Shown piece by piece: positions 51,403 to 62,033 of a stretch of 64,000 bases of DNA. Made by a program: the position numbers and the translations under genes. The notes under the pieces were generated by a model. That model was not told the origin of the DNA and did not search any database. It saw nothing but the letters and a program-made list of their open reading frames with translations. Source of the stretch: an uncultured Planctomycetota bacterium (lineage in GTDB: Bacteria; Planctomycetota; Planctomycetia; Pirellulales; Lacipirellulaceae); NCBI GenBank assembly GCA_963719315.1, contig CAVRBU010000004.1:544001-608000 (forward strand), written 5' to 3'. Positions within the stretch are counted from its first letter, which is position 1. Each line of letters opens with the position of its first letter.

Positions 51403-54117
51403 ATGCATTCCGTACGCCGCGCAGTTTATCGTGTGCCAGCATTGCCGGTATTCTCCGCGCTGCTTTTTGCCTGCCTCGTTCAGACCGTATCGATTTCAGC
51501 AAAGGAGACGTCGGCGCCAGCCGAGGGAGACGCGGCGCCAGCCGCTCTGACGACCGGCCCCGCGGATGCGAGCGATTACGACCGCTCCCATGTCGGCCCG
51601 CAAGCGAACGGCCGCATCATCGTGCCCACGAATCAGGTGCTCACGCCCGCCGGGCGGCAGGTGATCGTCGGCGGCCGACCGACCGATGTCGCCCTCTCGC
51701 CCGATGGCCGCTGGCTCGCCGTGCTCAATCTGCGCGAGGTTCAACTCGTCAACGTCGAGACCGGCGCGATCGTCGGCAATGCGCCCAACAAGAGCGAAAG
51801 TTTCAAAGGCATCGCGTTCGCGCCCGATGGCAAGCGATTGTATGCGTCAACGGTTGGCGCCCACATTGGCGTGTTCGAAGTTTCCGAAGAGGGCCAGCTC
51901 TCCGCGGAGAAGCCGATCGTGCTGCCGGGCAAATCGCGACGCGACGATGGCGTCGTGCCCGTCGGTATGGCAATCGCCGCCGACGGCAAGACGATGCTGG
52001 TCGCGCTCAACATGAAGAACACACTGGCCGAGATCGACCTCGCGATCGGCAAAGTCGTGCGCGAGATTCCGGTCGGCAACGCGCCGTATGATGTGGTAGT
52101 CGTCGGCCGCACCGCTTACGTCAGCAATTGGGCCGGCCGCCTGCCGACACCCTGCGTTCCCACAGGTCCTTCCGGCGACTCGCTGCCCGTGCGCGTCGAT
52201 CCGGTCCGTAACATCGCCAACGATGGCTCGGTCTCCGTGATCGACCTCAAGAACGGTCGCGCGACCAAGCAGATCGTCGTCGGCCTGCATCCATCCGGCA
52301 TGGTCGCCACGCCAGATGGCCGATACGTCTTGGTGGCCAACGCCCATAGCGACTCGATCTCCGTCATTCAAGTCGGGGCCGACAAAGTCGTCGAAACCAT
52401 TTCCACGAAACTTACGGAAAAGCTCCTCTTTGGCAGTTCGCCCAACGCCCTGGCCGTCATGCCCAACGGCAAAGCGGTGGTGGCTTCGAACGGCACCAAC
52501 AACTCGGTCGCCGTGATGAAATTCGATCCGCCCAACAGCCGGCTGCTGGGCTGCATTCCCACGGCTTGGTACCCCGCCGGCCTCGTTCTTGATGGCCGCC
52601 GTAACGAGCTGTACGTCGCCAACGTCAAGGGCAACGGCTCGCGCAGCCAGTCTTGGAAAGGCGAACGCAAGCTTAAGGGCAAAGTCGTCTTCGGATACAA
52701 CTCGCACGATCATCAGGGCACGTTGTCGCTGATCAAGTTGCCGAACGCCGCGGAGCTCGCCGCTTACACGCAACAAGTCCTCGAGAACAATCGCCAGACG
52801 GAAGCGATCAACGCCCTGGCCCCGCCGCGTCCCGATGCGCCGCCGCGCTCAGTACCCGAGCGCCACGGCGAGCCCTCGGTCTTCAAGCACGTCGTGTGCA
52901 TCATCAAAGAGAACCGCACGTACGATCAGGTGTTCGGCGACATCCCAACCGGCGAAGGCGATCCCGACCTCGTGCTGTTCGGCCGCGACGTAACGCCCAA
53001 CCAGCACAAGCTGGCGGAGGAGTTCGTGCTGCTCGACAACTTCTACTGCAGCGGCGTTCTCAGTGCCGACGGCCACCAATGGACCGACGAAGCCTTTGTG
53101 AGCGACTATCTCGAAAAAGCGTTCGGCGGCTTCCCCCGCAGCTACCCGTACCCCGGCGGCGACGCGATGGCGTACTCCCCCGCCGGTTTCCTCTGGGATA
53201 ACGTCCTGGCTCACAAGAAAACGCTCCGCGTCTACGGCGAGTTCGCCCCCGGCCGAATAAGTTGGAAGGACCCCAAGAAAAAAGGCTCTCCGAAGTTCAT
53301 CGATTGCTACAACGACTTCGTGAACGGCGCCAATCTCGTCGAGATCCGCGCCATCGCGAACATCAAGACAATTGAGAACTACATCTGCCCCACGGCGATC
53401 GGCTTTCCGCTCGTCGTGCCCGATATTCACCGCGCCGGCCAGTTCATCGACGAGCTGAAACGCGCCGAACAAACCGGCAAGCTCCAAAACTTCAGCATCA
53501 TGCTCCTGCCCAACGATCACACTTCCGGCACGAAGCCCGGCATGCAAACGCCCGAAGCCGCCGTGGCGGATAATGACCTCGCCCTCGGCCGCATCGTCGA
53601 GGCCATCAGCCACAGTCGGTTCTGGCCGGAGACTTGCATCTTCGTCGTCGAAGACGACCCGCAAGCCGGTTGGGACCACATCGACGGACACCGCACGATT
53701 GCTCAGGTCATCAGCCCGTATACGCGCCGCAAATTCGTCGACAGCACGAACTACAACCAAACCAGCATGGTGCGAACCATCGAGCTGATCTTGGGTCTTC
53801 CGCCCATGAACCAGTTCGATTCCTCGGCCACGCCAATGGCCAGTTGCTTCATGGACCAGCCCGACCTCGCGCCGTACACCGTGACTCCCAACATCATTCC
53901 GCTCGACAAGCTCAATCCCGACGTAAGTGCGATCGACGACCCCCGGCAGCGCCACTGGGCGGAGGAATCGCTCAAGCTGGACCTCAGCGATGTCGACCGC
54001 GCCGACGAAAACATTTTCAACCGCATCCTCTGGCACGCCCGCCGCGGCAGCGACGACACGTATCCCGACTGGGCGGTAGCCGCCACCGAAGAAGACGAAC
54101 ACGAAGAGGACGAATGA
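51403..54117 (+). CDS. YncE/YVTN beta-propeller fused to alkaline-phosphatase-superfamily phosphoesterase
   Basis: Signal peptide, SPDGRW/IPVGNAP/VGLHP propeller repeats, IIKENRTYDQVFGD, SADGHQW, EDDPQAGWDHIDGHR. Confidence 0.9.
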   Translation: MHSVRRAVYRVPALPVFSALLFACLVQTVSISAKETSAPAEGDAAPAALTTGPADASDYDRSHVGPQANGRIIVPTNQVLTPAGRQVIVGGRPTDVALSPDGRWLAVLNLREVQLVNVETGAIVGNAPNKSESFKGIAFAPDGKRLYASTVGAHIGVFEVSEEGQLSAEKPIVLPGKSRRDDGVVPVGMAIAADGKTMLVALNMKNTLAEIDLAIGKVVREIPVGNAPYDVVVVGRTAYVSNWAGRLPTPCVPTGPSGDSLPVRVDPVRNIANDGSVSVIDLKNGRATKQIVVGLHPSGMVATPDGRYVLVANAHSDSISVIQVGADKVVETISTKLTEKLLFGSSPNALAVMPNGKAVVASNGTNNSVAVMKFDPPNSRLLGCIPTAWYPAGLVLDGRRNELYVANVKGNGSRSQSWKGERKLKGKVVFGYNSHDHQGTLSLIKLPNAAELAAYTQQVLENNRQTEAINALAPPRPDAPPRSVPERHGEPSVFKHVVCIIKENRTYDQVFGDIPTGEGDPDLVLFGRDVTPNQHKLAEEFVLLDNFYCSGVLSADGHQWTDEAFVSDYLEKAFGGFPRSYPYPGGDAMAYSPAGFLWDNVLAHKKTLRVYGEFAPGRISWKDPKKKGSPKFIDCYNDFVNGANLVEIRAIANIKTIENYICPTAIGFPLVVPDIHRAGQFIDELKRAEQTGKLQNFSIMLLPNDHTSGTKPGMQTPEAAVADNDLALGRIVEAISHSRFWPETCIFVVEDDPQAGWDHIDGHRTIAQVISPYTRRKFVDSTNYNQTSMVRTIELILGLPPMNQFDSSATPMASCFMDQPDLAPYTVTPNIIPLDKLNPDVSAIDDPRQRHWAEESLKLDLSDVDRADENIFNRILWHARRGSDDTYPDWAVAATEEDEHEEDE

Positions 54118-54125
54118 TCTTATTT

Positions 54126-54158
54126 CTCCTCCCTTGTAGGGAGGGGCAAGGGGAGGGT
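54126..54158. repeat. CCCTC-type REP-like palindrome
   Basis: CTCCTCCCTTGTAGGGAGGGGCAAGGGGAGGGT right after a stop codon. Confidence 0.7.
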
Positions 54159-54176
54159 TCGCTTTCGAATTCTGTG

Positions 54177-54426
54177 GTCCACAGATGTCGCGGATGAGCG
54201 CAGTTAAGAAACTCAAACTGAAAAGACGAATCGCCAAGATCGCCAAGGAATTCAGAGAGAAATCATCTGGGCATGCAGTTTATTTGTGAAGGGCCGTTCC
54301 GGCAGTCTATCGCGTCTTAATCGTAATAAATGAAGACTTGGCGCTCTTGGCGTTCTTGGCGGTTTTCACTTTGAGTAAGAAACATCGGATCTTTATCATC
54401 TGCGGAAATCCGCGACATCTGCGGAC
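54177..54426. repeat. 250-bp nested inverted-repeat element
   Basis: Outer TCCACAGATGTCGCGGAT / ATCCGCGACATCTGCGGA; middle ACTCAAACTGAAAA / TTTTCACTTTGAGT; inner CGCCAAGATCGCCAAG / CTTGGCGTTCTTGGCG. Confidence 0.8.
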
Positions 54427-54463
54427 AACTATTCCTATCCTCCATTTTCAGTTCCTCACATCG

Positions 54464-56206
54464 ATGACGCACCAACTTCACCTGCCTTACCTCACTCGAC
54501 TCGCCCTGGTTTGCGTCTTATGTGCCGCTGGCTCCGCGATTGCCGCCCCGCAGACGGCAACGCCGCCAGAAAAATCCGCAGCCTGGGACGCCCACGTCCA
54601 ACAATTCCTCGCCGACCATTTCAAAGCCAACCCCGGTTCCGCCGTCCAGGCCGGCAAGCACGAGTACGACGGCCAGATCGCCGACTTCAGTGAGGCCGGC
54701 CTCAAAAAAGAAATCGCCCGGCTCCACGCCGAGCGCACGAAGACGGCCGCCTTTCCCGATGACCAACTCAACGCCCGCCAGCGCTTCGAGCGCGATTACC
54801 TCATCTCCGAAATCGACGGCAGCCTCTTCTGGCTCGAAGTTTCCGGCCAACCGTACACCGCCCCGTTCTGGTACGCCGACGCCCTCGACCCCGATGTCTA
54901 TGTCAGCCGCGAGTATGCCCCGCTGGAAACGCGCATCAAGTCGTACACCAAATTCGCCCGCAACGTGCCGCGGGCCTTGCAGCAAATCAAAGCCAACCTC
55001 AAACCGCCGCTCGCAAAAACGGCCATCAAGATCGGCCACCGCACGATCGGCGGCTTGGCCGATTTCTTCGCGAAAGACATCCCCAAAATTTTCGCGCCCG
55101 TCGCAGACGCCCAATCACAAGCCGAATTCAAAACGGCCAACGACGCCGCCATCCAGGCCATCCGCGAGTTCGACGGCTGGCTCGCGCAGCAAGAAACTCA
55201 AGCCACCGGCGAGTTCGCCCTCGGCCCCGAGAAATTCAGCCAAATGCTGAAGATGACCGAGGGCGTCGATATTCCGCTGGGCCGGCTCGAAGCGATCGGC
55301 CGCCGCGACCTCGACCGCAACCTCGCCGCCCTCAAGGCCGAATGCCAGCGGTACGCCCCCGGCAAGACCATCGAAGAATGTATCGCCCAGGTCGACGCCC
55401 ACAAGGCCGACGAGGCCGACCCCATCGCCGCCGCCACGAAGCAACTCCGTACCCTTCGCAAGTTCCTCGTTGACCACAACGTCGTCACCATCCCCGGCAC
55501 CGAGGAAGCGCTGGTGAAACAAGCCCCCGCGTACAAGGCCTGGAACTTCGCGTACATCAATATCCCCGGCCCATACGAAACAAACCTGCCGTCCATCTAT
55601 TACATCGCGCCGCCCGACCCCGCTTGGACCAAGGCCGTGCAGGATGCGTACACGCCCGGCCGCGCCGCCCTGCTGTTCACATCCGCCCACGAAGTATACC
55701 CCGGTCACTTCGTGCAATACCTGCACGCCCACCGCGCCCACTCCGAGATCGGCCAACTCTTCGTCGGCTACGGCTTCTCCGAAGGCTGGGCCCACTACTG
55801 CGAAGAGATGATGTACGAAGAAGGCCTCGGCGACGGCGACCCCGAAACACACATCGGCCAGATCCAGGAAGCACTTCTTCGCAACGTCCGCTTCCTCTCC
55901 GCCATCGGCCTCCACACGCAAGGCATGACGGTCGACGAATCGAAACGCATGTTCCGCGAGCAGGCGTTTCAAGACGAAGGCACCGCCGAGCAGCAGGCCC
56001 TCCGCGGCACGTTCGACCCGGCCTACCTCAACTACACGCTCGGCAAACTGATGATCCGCAAACTCCGCGACGACTGGTGCGCGACCCGCGGCGGGAAAGC
56101 GGCGTGGAAAGATTTCCACGACGAGTTCCTGAAATATGGCGGCCCACCGATCCCCCTCATTCGCCGCGCAATGATGGGCCCGGACGACAAAGGTTCGCTG
56201 TTCTAA
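54464..56206 (+). CDS. DUF885 family protein (putative secreted metallopeptidase-like)
   Basis: Signal peptide, HEVYPGH, EGWAHYCE, NYTLGKL. Confidence 0.92.
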   Translation: MTHQLHLPYLTRLALVCVLCAAGSAIAAPQTATPPEKSAAWDAHVQQFLADHFKANPGSAVQAGKHEYDGQIADFSEAGLKKEIARLHAERTKTAAFPDDQLNARQRFERDYLISEIDGSLFWLEVSGQPYTAPFWYADALDPDVYVSREYAPLETRIKSYTKFARNVPRALQQIKANLKPPLAKTAIKIGHRTIGGLADFFAKDIPKIFAPVADAQSQAEFKTANDAAIQAIREFDGWLAQQETQATGEFALGPEKFSQMLKMTEGVDIPLGRLEAIGRRDLDRNLAALKAECQRYAPGKTIEECIAQVDAHKADEADPIAAATKQLRTLRKFLVDHNVVTIPGTEEALVKQAPAYKAWNFAYINIPGPYETNLPSIYYIAPPDPAWTKAVQDAYTPGRAALLFTSAHEVYPGHFVQYLHAHRAHSEIGQLFVGYGFSEGWAHYCEEMMYEEGLGDGDPETHIGQIQEALLRNVRFLSAIGLHTQGMTVDESKRMFREQAFQDEGTAEQQALRGTFDPAYLNYTLGKLMIRKLRDDWCATRGGKAAWKDFHDEFLKYGGPPIPLIRRAMMGPDDKGSLF

Positions 56207-56281
56207 TCACGCCACAACCCCATCTTGGCGTCGGTCGCCAGACCGAATCCACCGATGCCGGATCATACATGATCTCGGTGA

Positions 56282-57876
56282 TCAACAGCACCGCCGCCGC
56301 CCCACCAAAAACACCGCGGCCATTACCACCATCACGCCGCCCCCTGGCTCCGGCACACTCGCGGCCTCCACGCCGCTGCCCGCCCCTGCCGTCTGGCCAA
56401 AGTTCGCTCGCCACAAATCATAGTCGGCCGTCGATACCGATTCGGGCGTCGCGTCGTGCGGCAGGGCGGTGGACGTCTCCATCGCGTGCCGCCACAGCGC
56501 ATAGTCAGCCGCGTCCACGATGCCGTTGCCGTTGTAATCTCCAGTCAACGTAGTTGCGACGCCCGGCACAAAGCCCGGGCTGCCCACGTCGCCGCCCGGA
56601 TGATCGACCACTTCGGCGAGCACCGCTTGAGGAGCCGAGCTGTTGTTGTCGTCCGACCGCGTCCAACTTGAAGGAGTTGCCGAGTCCGCCGTGAGGTTCG
56701 CGAGAAAAATCGAACCGGAATCGTTATTGTTCGGCCAGCCGACGGCCACGTTGTCGTCATACGCGACCGCGGCCGCCGCGAAGCTCGTCGTCCGCCGCGG
56801 CGTCGTCATCGATTGCGTCTCCGCTTGATAGTCGGCCAGGCTGCTCCAAATCGCCACCGTGTCGCCGCCGTTCGCGAGATCGGTCCAGGGGTTCACCGCA
56901 ATAAAGTTGATCCCTGCGCCCCAAGCCGCCTGCATATCGGCCAGCGTGCTTCCACTCGTGCCGGCATTGAACAACACGCCGGTCGCGCCTGGGCGATTGT
57001 GCCCGAGCTGATGTTGGCGCTTGTCAGCGACGCGTCGTCATCGTCGTCGAACACATATTGCGTTGCGCCGAAATCGATCGCCGCGCCGGTGTTGTTCATG
57101 ACCTCAACCCACTCCCAGGCCGGTTCCGCCGATGCCGGATCATACATGATCTCGGTGATCAACAGTCCGGAGGCCGCCCCGCCGCCGGGCACCGTACCCG
57201 GCGTGCCGCGATCGGCCACGTTGTTGATCGGCGTGCCGGGGAGCGTCGTTTGCACGCTCACGTGAGCGCCGAACGCGCCGTTGGCGCTGGCCACCCAATT
57301 CGCGCCACTGGCCACGCTGCCGACGCCCCGCCACGCGATCGAGTGCCCGTTGGTGACGGCCGGGTAGCCGTTGGTGGTCGCGAAATTGACGCTCGCCACG
57401 GCACTATTGAACGATCGCCTGGGGCTGGTCATCGACATCAGATCGTCGGCCGCGTAGTTGGCGTGGCTACTCCACAGCCCGATCGCATCACCGGCCGTGA
57501 GCGGGCTGAAACTGCTCACCGGCACAAGCGTGATGCCGCCGCCCCAAGCGTTGGTGAAACGCGACTGGTCGAAACTCAAATCGCCGCCGTTATAAAGCAC
57601 GGCCACGCCGCCGGCCGGCACCAGCGTGTTGCCATTGGCCGCGTCGATATTCGCCGCGCCCATCGCCGGATCATCGTCGTCGTCGAGCACCCAGCCGTCG
57701 AGATTGACAGCCGACGCAGTCGTATTATGAACCTCGACCCACTCCCACACGTTTTCCGTGACGGGATCGAACATGATCTCCGTGATTTCCACCTGCCCAA
57801 ACGCCGCCGCGGCCGACAACCACAGCCCGCCGATCGCCGCGCCCCGCAACATCAGCCAACCTATGCGCCGTCTCAT
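56282..57876 (-). CDS. Lamin-tail-domain protein with dockerin-like domain and PEP-CTERM; frameshift at ~56990
   Basis: Two ITEIM(F/Y)DP...WEWVEVxN modules; [22 protein letters not shown] + TM + RRR. Confidence 0.88.
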
Positions 57877-58212
57877 GATGAACGCTCCCCTCGCCGCGCG
57901 TGAACAACTCCAGCCCAACAATCGCAGACCGAACAGGCCGATATTATGCCAATCACCGCACGTGATTGGGAGCACCCCAATCCAGAAAAAAGCAATGAAC
58001 CCCAACTTGGCGTCGGTCGCCACACCGAATCCGCCGCCAAACACGCCGCCACCCTTAATTCCCGAACAACAGCGTAGTTCACAACGCGTCCTCGCGAAGC
58101 GATCCTAGGCCCGGCGATTACGCCGGGTTATTTTAAACCGCAACCCCGCCTAAGACTTCGGCCCTTATTTTGGCATCAACGGGGCGTGAACGATCCTCAC
58201 AGGAACCGGACT

Positions 58213-58922
58213 ATGAAAGCCTTTGTCGATGTGATGGCCGAACTCAAACAGCGCGGCAAAGAGCAAACCCGCAAGATCTACGCGCGGCATGGCGTCGACA
58301 TCCCGATGTTCGGCGTCAGCATCGCCGACCTCAAAACGCTCGCCAAAAAAATCAAAGGCAACCAGGCACTCGCCCTCGATCTGTACGACTCCGGCAACTA
58401 CGACGCCATGTACCTCGCCGGCATCGTCGCCGACGGCAAGCAGATGACCAAAAAACAACTCGAACGCTGGGCCAAGCTCTCCACCTGCGAAACGATCTGC
58501 TCGTACACCGTCGCCTGGGTCGCCACCGAAAGCCCGCACGCCCGCGAGCTGGCCATGAAGTGGATCAATTCCAAAAAACCCTCCACCGCCATCTGCGGCT
58601 GGGCCACCTACGCCGGCATCGTCGCCACCACGCCCGACGCCGACCTCGATCTCGACGAAATCCGAGATCTCCTCGACCGCGTCGTGCGCGAAATCCACCG
58701 CGCCCCCAACAAAGTCCGCTACCTCATGAACACCTTCGTGATCAGCGTCGTCGGCTACGTCAAACCGCTCCTCAAGCAAGCCAAAGCGGCCGCCAAAAAA
58801 ATTGGCCCCGTCTCCGTCGACATGGGCGACACTGCCTGCCAGGTCCCCGTCGCCACAACCTACATCGCGAAGATCGAAAATTTGGCCGCGTCGGCAAGAA
58901 ACGCAAAACCATGAAGTGCTGA
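58213..58922 (+). CDS. DNA alkylation repair (AlkD-like) protein; C-terminal frameshift at ~58884
   Basis: FGVSIADLK, LYDSGNYDAMYLAG, VDMGDTACQVP; shifted tail GRVGKKRKTMKC*. Confidence 0.85.
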
Positions 58923-58928
58923 TGAATT

Positions 58929-59025
58929 CCCTTCCCTCTTAGGGAGGGGCTGGGGGAGGGTTCTTCCCTCATTCCCGTTGGGGAGGGGCCAGGTTGCTTG
59001 GGACTCGCCGTGGCAAGGTGAGGGT
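58929..59025. repeat. Tandem CCCTC-type REP-like palindromes
   Basis: CCCTTCCCTCTTAGGGAGGGGCTGGGGGAGGGT followed by a degenerate second unit. Confidence 0.65.
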
Positions 59026-59092
59026 TTAGTCGCTACTTGTATCAATCCCACCCGTGTTGAGCGCTCCCAAAAAACCATTAGCATTGGACTTT

Positions 59093-59673
59093 ATGGCAAA
59101 GACGCCTGCCCAAGTTTCAGAACAACAGATTGAAAACGCCATCTTATTGCTGCGCGGTGATAAGGTTTTGCTCGATGCCGACTTGGCCCGCCTTTACGGC
59201 GTCACAACCAGGGCCCTCAACCAGGCTGTGAAACGGAATCGCAGCCGATTCCCCGACGATTTCATGTTTCGCCTCTCCGCTGCGGAAACCCGCTTGCTGA
59301 ACCGGTCACAAAATGTGACCGGTTCCCAAAAGCATCGGGACCCGCGTTATCCGCCCTATGCCTTCACCGAGCAAGGCGTCGCAATGCTCTCCAGCGTCCT
59401 CCGCAGCGATCGCGCCGTGCAGGTGACATCGAAATCATGCGGGCCTTCGTCCGCATCCGAAAAATCCTGGCTGCCAATGCCGAAATCGCCCGCCGGTTGG
59501 ATGAAATCGAACGTCGTATTGGCACGCACGATGAACAATTCGTCCAAGTCATTCGAGCGATCCGGCAACTCATGGAGCCGCCCGCACGTCCGCCGCGACC
59601 ACGAATCGGCTTCCATCCGCCCGACGATAAAAAATCTCCCACCGCGCGAGCACGATCCGGGAAACACAAGTGA
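59093..59673 (+). CDS. ORF6N domain DNA-binding protein; frameshift at ~59426
   Basis: [18 protein letters not shown]...[31 protein letters not shown], shifted frame IEIMRAFV...RIGF. Confidence 0.9.
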
Positions 59674-59732
59674 GCCGCCCCCCACGTGGCCGCGTCTCTC
59701 CGATCAAAGATTCGCGGTGGCGAAGACACAGC

Positions 59733-59960
59733 TCAAGATAGGGACTCGCGCGTTTCAACGTCTCCTTCATCGCCGCGCATGAAATCACCTTGCCATCGTC
59801 CGACGAGTCCATCGAGCCAGCGTTCGTAGTTTGTCGAGCCGTTCGATTCCTCTGGCGGCCGCTCGAAGCTCACTTGCACGGGCGCACCCTCAGGTAAGGC
59901 GACATTCTCTTCCAGCACGATTGCGCCGTTTCTTACATGCCCGCGAACTACCATCACCAT
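59733..59960 (-). CDS. Small antitoxin-like protein (AF2212/DUF104-like)
   Basis: [26 protein letters not shown] motif; GGAG upstream. Confidence 0.65.
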   Translation of the reverse strand: MVMVVRGHVRNGAIVLEENVALPEGAPVQVSFERPPEESNGSTNYERWLDGLVGRWQGDFMRGDEGDVETRESLS

Positions 59961-60198
59961 ACTCCGCGTTGATGTTGTGATTAATGTTGTAATTCCACTA
60001 CGTCGTTCCTCGAATACAATGCAATTTGCTCCGACTCGCACCGCCCCCCGGTATCCCGCCCGACTTCCTCAACCCCAAATCCCTCATCACCGACGACTGC
60101 CTCCATCCGCCAGCTTGATTGATTTCATAATTCGTCCAATAATCAAGAAACGGTTTGCTTCCGAACCATCACGGCATCACGGCCGAGAGACCCTGTTC

Positions 60199-60438
60199 AT
60201 GACCATCGAGATTCCCGCCGACCTTCAGCCCTTCGTTCGTGAGCAATTGCACCTCGGTTGCTTTCAATCGGAACAGCAGCTTGTGACCGAAGCCTTACAA
60301 TTGCTCAAGGCTGAGCGAGATGAATCACTCGCAGGAATTCGGCAAGGCCTGGCCGACGCGGCCGCCGGTCGCGTTCAGCCGTTGGCCGAGACGTTTGCCG
60401 ACCTCCGCCGCGATTTCAAGCTGCCTGAGCCGACATGA
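60199..60438 (+). CDS. ParD-like antitoxin
   Basis: MTIEIPADLQPFV...SEQQLVTEALQLL...IRQGLADAAAGRV; ATGA overlap with toxin. Confidence 0.8.
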   Translation: MTIEIPADLQPFVREQLHLGCFQSEQQLVTEALQLLKAERDESLAGIRQGLADAAAGRVQPLAETFADLRRDFKLPEPT

Positions 60439-60761
60439 CCTATCGGGTCGTCGTTACTGCCGCCGCGAAGCAAGATCTCCGCAACGCCTTTCTGTGGGCC
60501 GCCGAGCAAGCGCCTCACACCGCAGCCCTATGGCTCCAACGCTTCGAAGCAGAATTGCAAACGCTCGCCAATGCTCCCGAGCGTTTCCAATCGGCGCCCG
60601 AAAACTCCTTGGTTGAATCTGAGATTCGTCAGTTAATCTTTGGCCGACGACAAGGCGCCTATCGCGTGCTCTACACGATCATGGCTGACCAGGTCCAGGT
60701 GCTGCACATTCGACGAGCCGTGCGCGAGTGGGCGAGTCCCAGTGATTTGATTATTGAATAA
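60435..60761 (+). CDS. RelE/ParE family toxin
   Basis: YRVVVTAAAKQDL...YRVLYTI...VQVLHIR. Confidence 0.88.
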   Translation: MTYRVVVTAAAKQDLRNAFLWAAEQAPHTAALWLQRFEAELQTLANAPERFQSAPENSLVESEIRQLIFGRRQGAYRVLYTIMADQVQVLHIRRAVREWASPSDLIIE

Positions 60762-60952
60762 CGCGAAGCTTGCCGTGCGCCGTCTCCCGGCTCCCCACTC
60801 GCATCCGGCCGCAACGTCGGCCCATTCGAGCCGCGTTGTGTCAATCCTTCACTTTTGATCCACCGGATACCCCTCAACATTTTTGTTGAAATTGTGCCAC
60901 GACTTCGGCTATACCTGAGCCATAGTATACGAACGAACACATCCGCCGTTCG

Positions 60953-61062
<110 letters not shown>

Positions 61063-61677
61063 ATGCCTACTCTCGAACATTCCCCGTCCCAAACTCAGGT
61101 CCCTGTCAAAAAGCTCGGCCGGCCGCGTGCCCTTAACGAAGTCAAATGTCGCGAAGTCTGCGCGCTCATCTCGGCTGGTTGCGGCATCGAGCGGGCCGCG
61201 CGGTACGTCGGATGTGCGGCCAACACCGTCCGCCGCGAGGCGCAGCGAAATCCCGAGTTCAACGAGCGACTTCGCCGCGCGACCCTGGCTGCCGAGCTTG
61301 GGCCGCTCGATGCCCTGCGGCAAGCTGCGAACAAGCATTGGCGGGCGGCCGCCTGGTTGCTCGAACGGACCGATGTCCAACGTTACGGCAAGCAAAACGT
61401 CCGGTTTGTAAAGCCGGAACAACTGGAGGCGTTCAGCGCCAAACTGGGCCGCGTCCTGCTCGACGAAACGAAGGATGCGAAATCGTATCGCCGCATCATG
61501 CGCCGGCTCCGGAAGTTCATCGCCCACTCCGACCGCGAGGTGCACGCCACCGAAGTTGATCCATTTCCCAAGCTCCGCCGCCCACGCAAATCGATCCACG
61601 AACCGGCTCCGATGTCGCTTCCTGAGGCAACACCACTACACTCCGACGACTCCGATGTACCGCCAAAAACGACCTGA
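61063..61677 (+). CDS. HTH protein resembling terminase-small-subunit-like DNA-binding proteins
   Basis: GRPRAL...ERAARYVGC HTH and WRAAAWLLER...YG motif. Confidence 0.65.
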   Translation: MPTLEHSPSQTQVPVKKLGRPRALNEVKCREVCALISAGCGIERAARYVGCAANTVRREAQRNPEFNERLRRATLAAELGPLDALRQAANKHWRAAAWLLERTDVQRYGKQNVRFVKPEQLEAFSAKLGRVLLDETKDAKSYRRIMRRLRKFIAHSDREVHATEVDPFPKLRRPRKSIHEPAPMSLPEATPLHSDDSDVPPKTT

Positions 61678-62033
61678 ATCATCGGCATTGTGCGCAACGC
61701 CACGGCGGCGCGGGCCGACGACCGGTGAGCTATCTGTCGGCCCGCCGTAGACTTGCGCAAACCGGCGCCGCGCGAGACTCACCCTACTTCCGCACAAAAC
61801 GATCGACTTCTGTAAGCGAAAACTGGGACCCCTTTCGACATACAAAACTCTATCCATTTGGCCGCAAGGAGTTACATCGTCGCCAACCGTGTTCGCTCCG
61901 CCAAAATGTTCTAGTCCTCGAGCGCCGCGTAGATAGGGGCATAAAGTGGGTCGCCACACGTGACAAAATTCTTGCAGTTCAGTCTGCGCCTGACGATCGT
62001 GGTGATGCCAGGCAATGTCAGGCACAGCTTGAG

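Noticed and set aside
61849..61874. Possible dif/Xer-like recombination site (GTAACTCCTT-N7-AATGGATAG on minus strand)
   Set aside because: Arms only weakly symmetric, single occurrence, no recombinase nearby.
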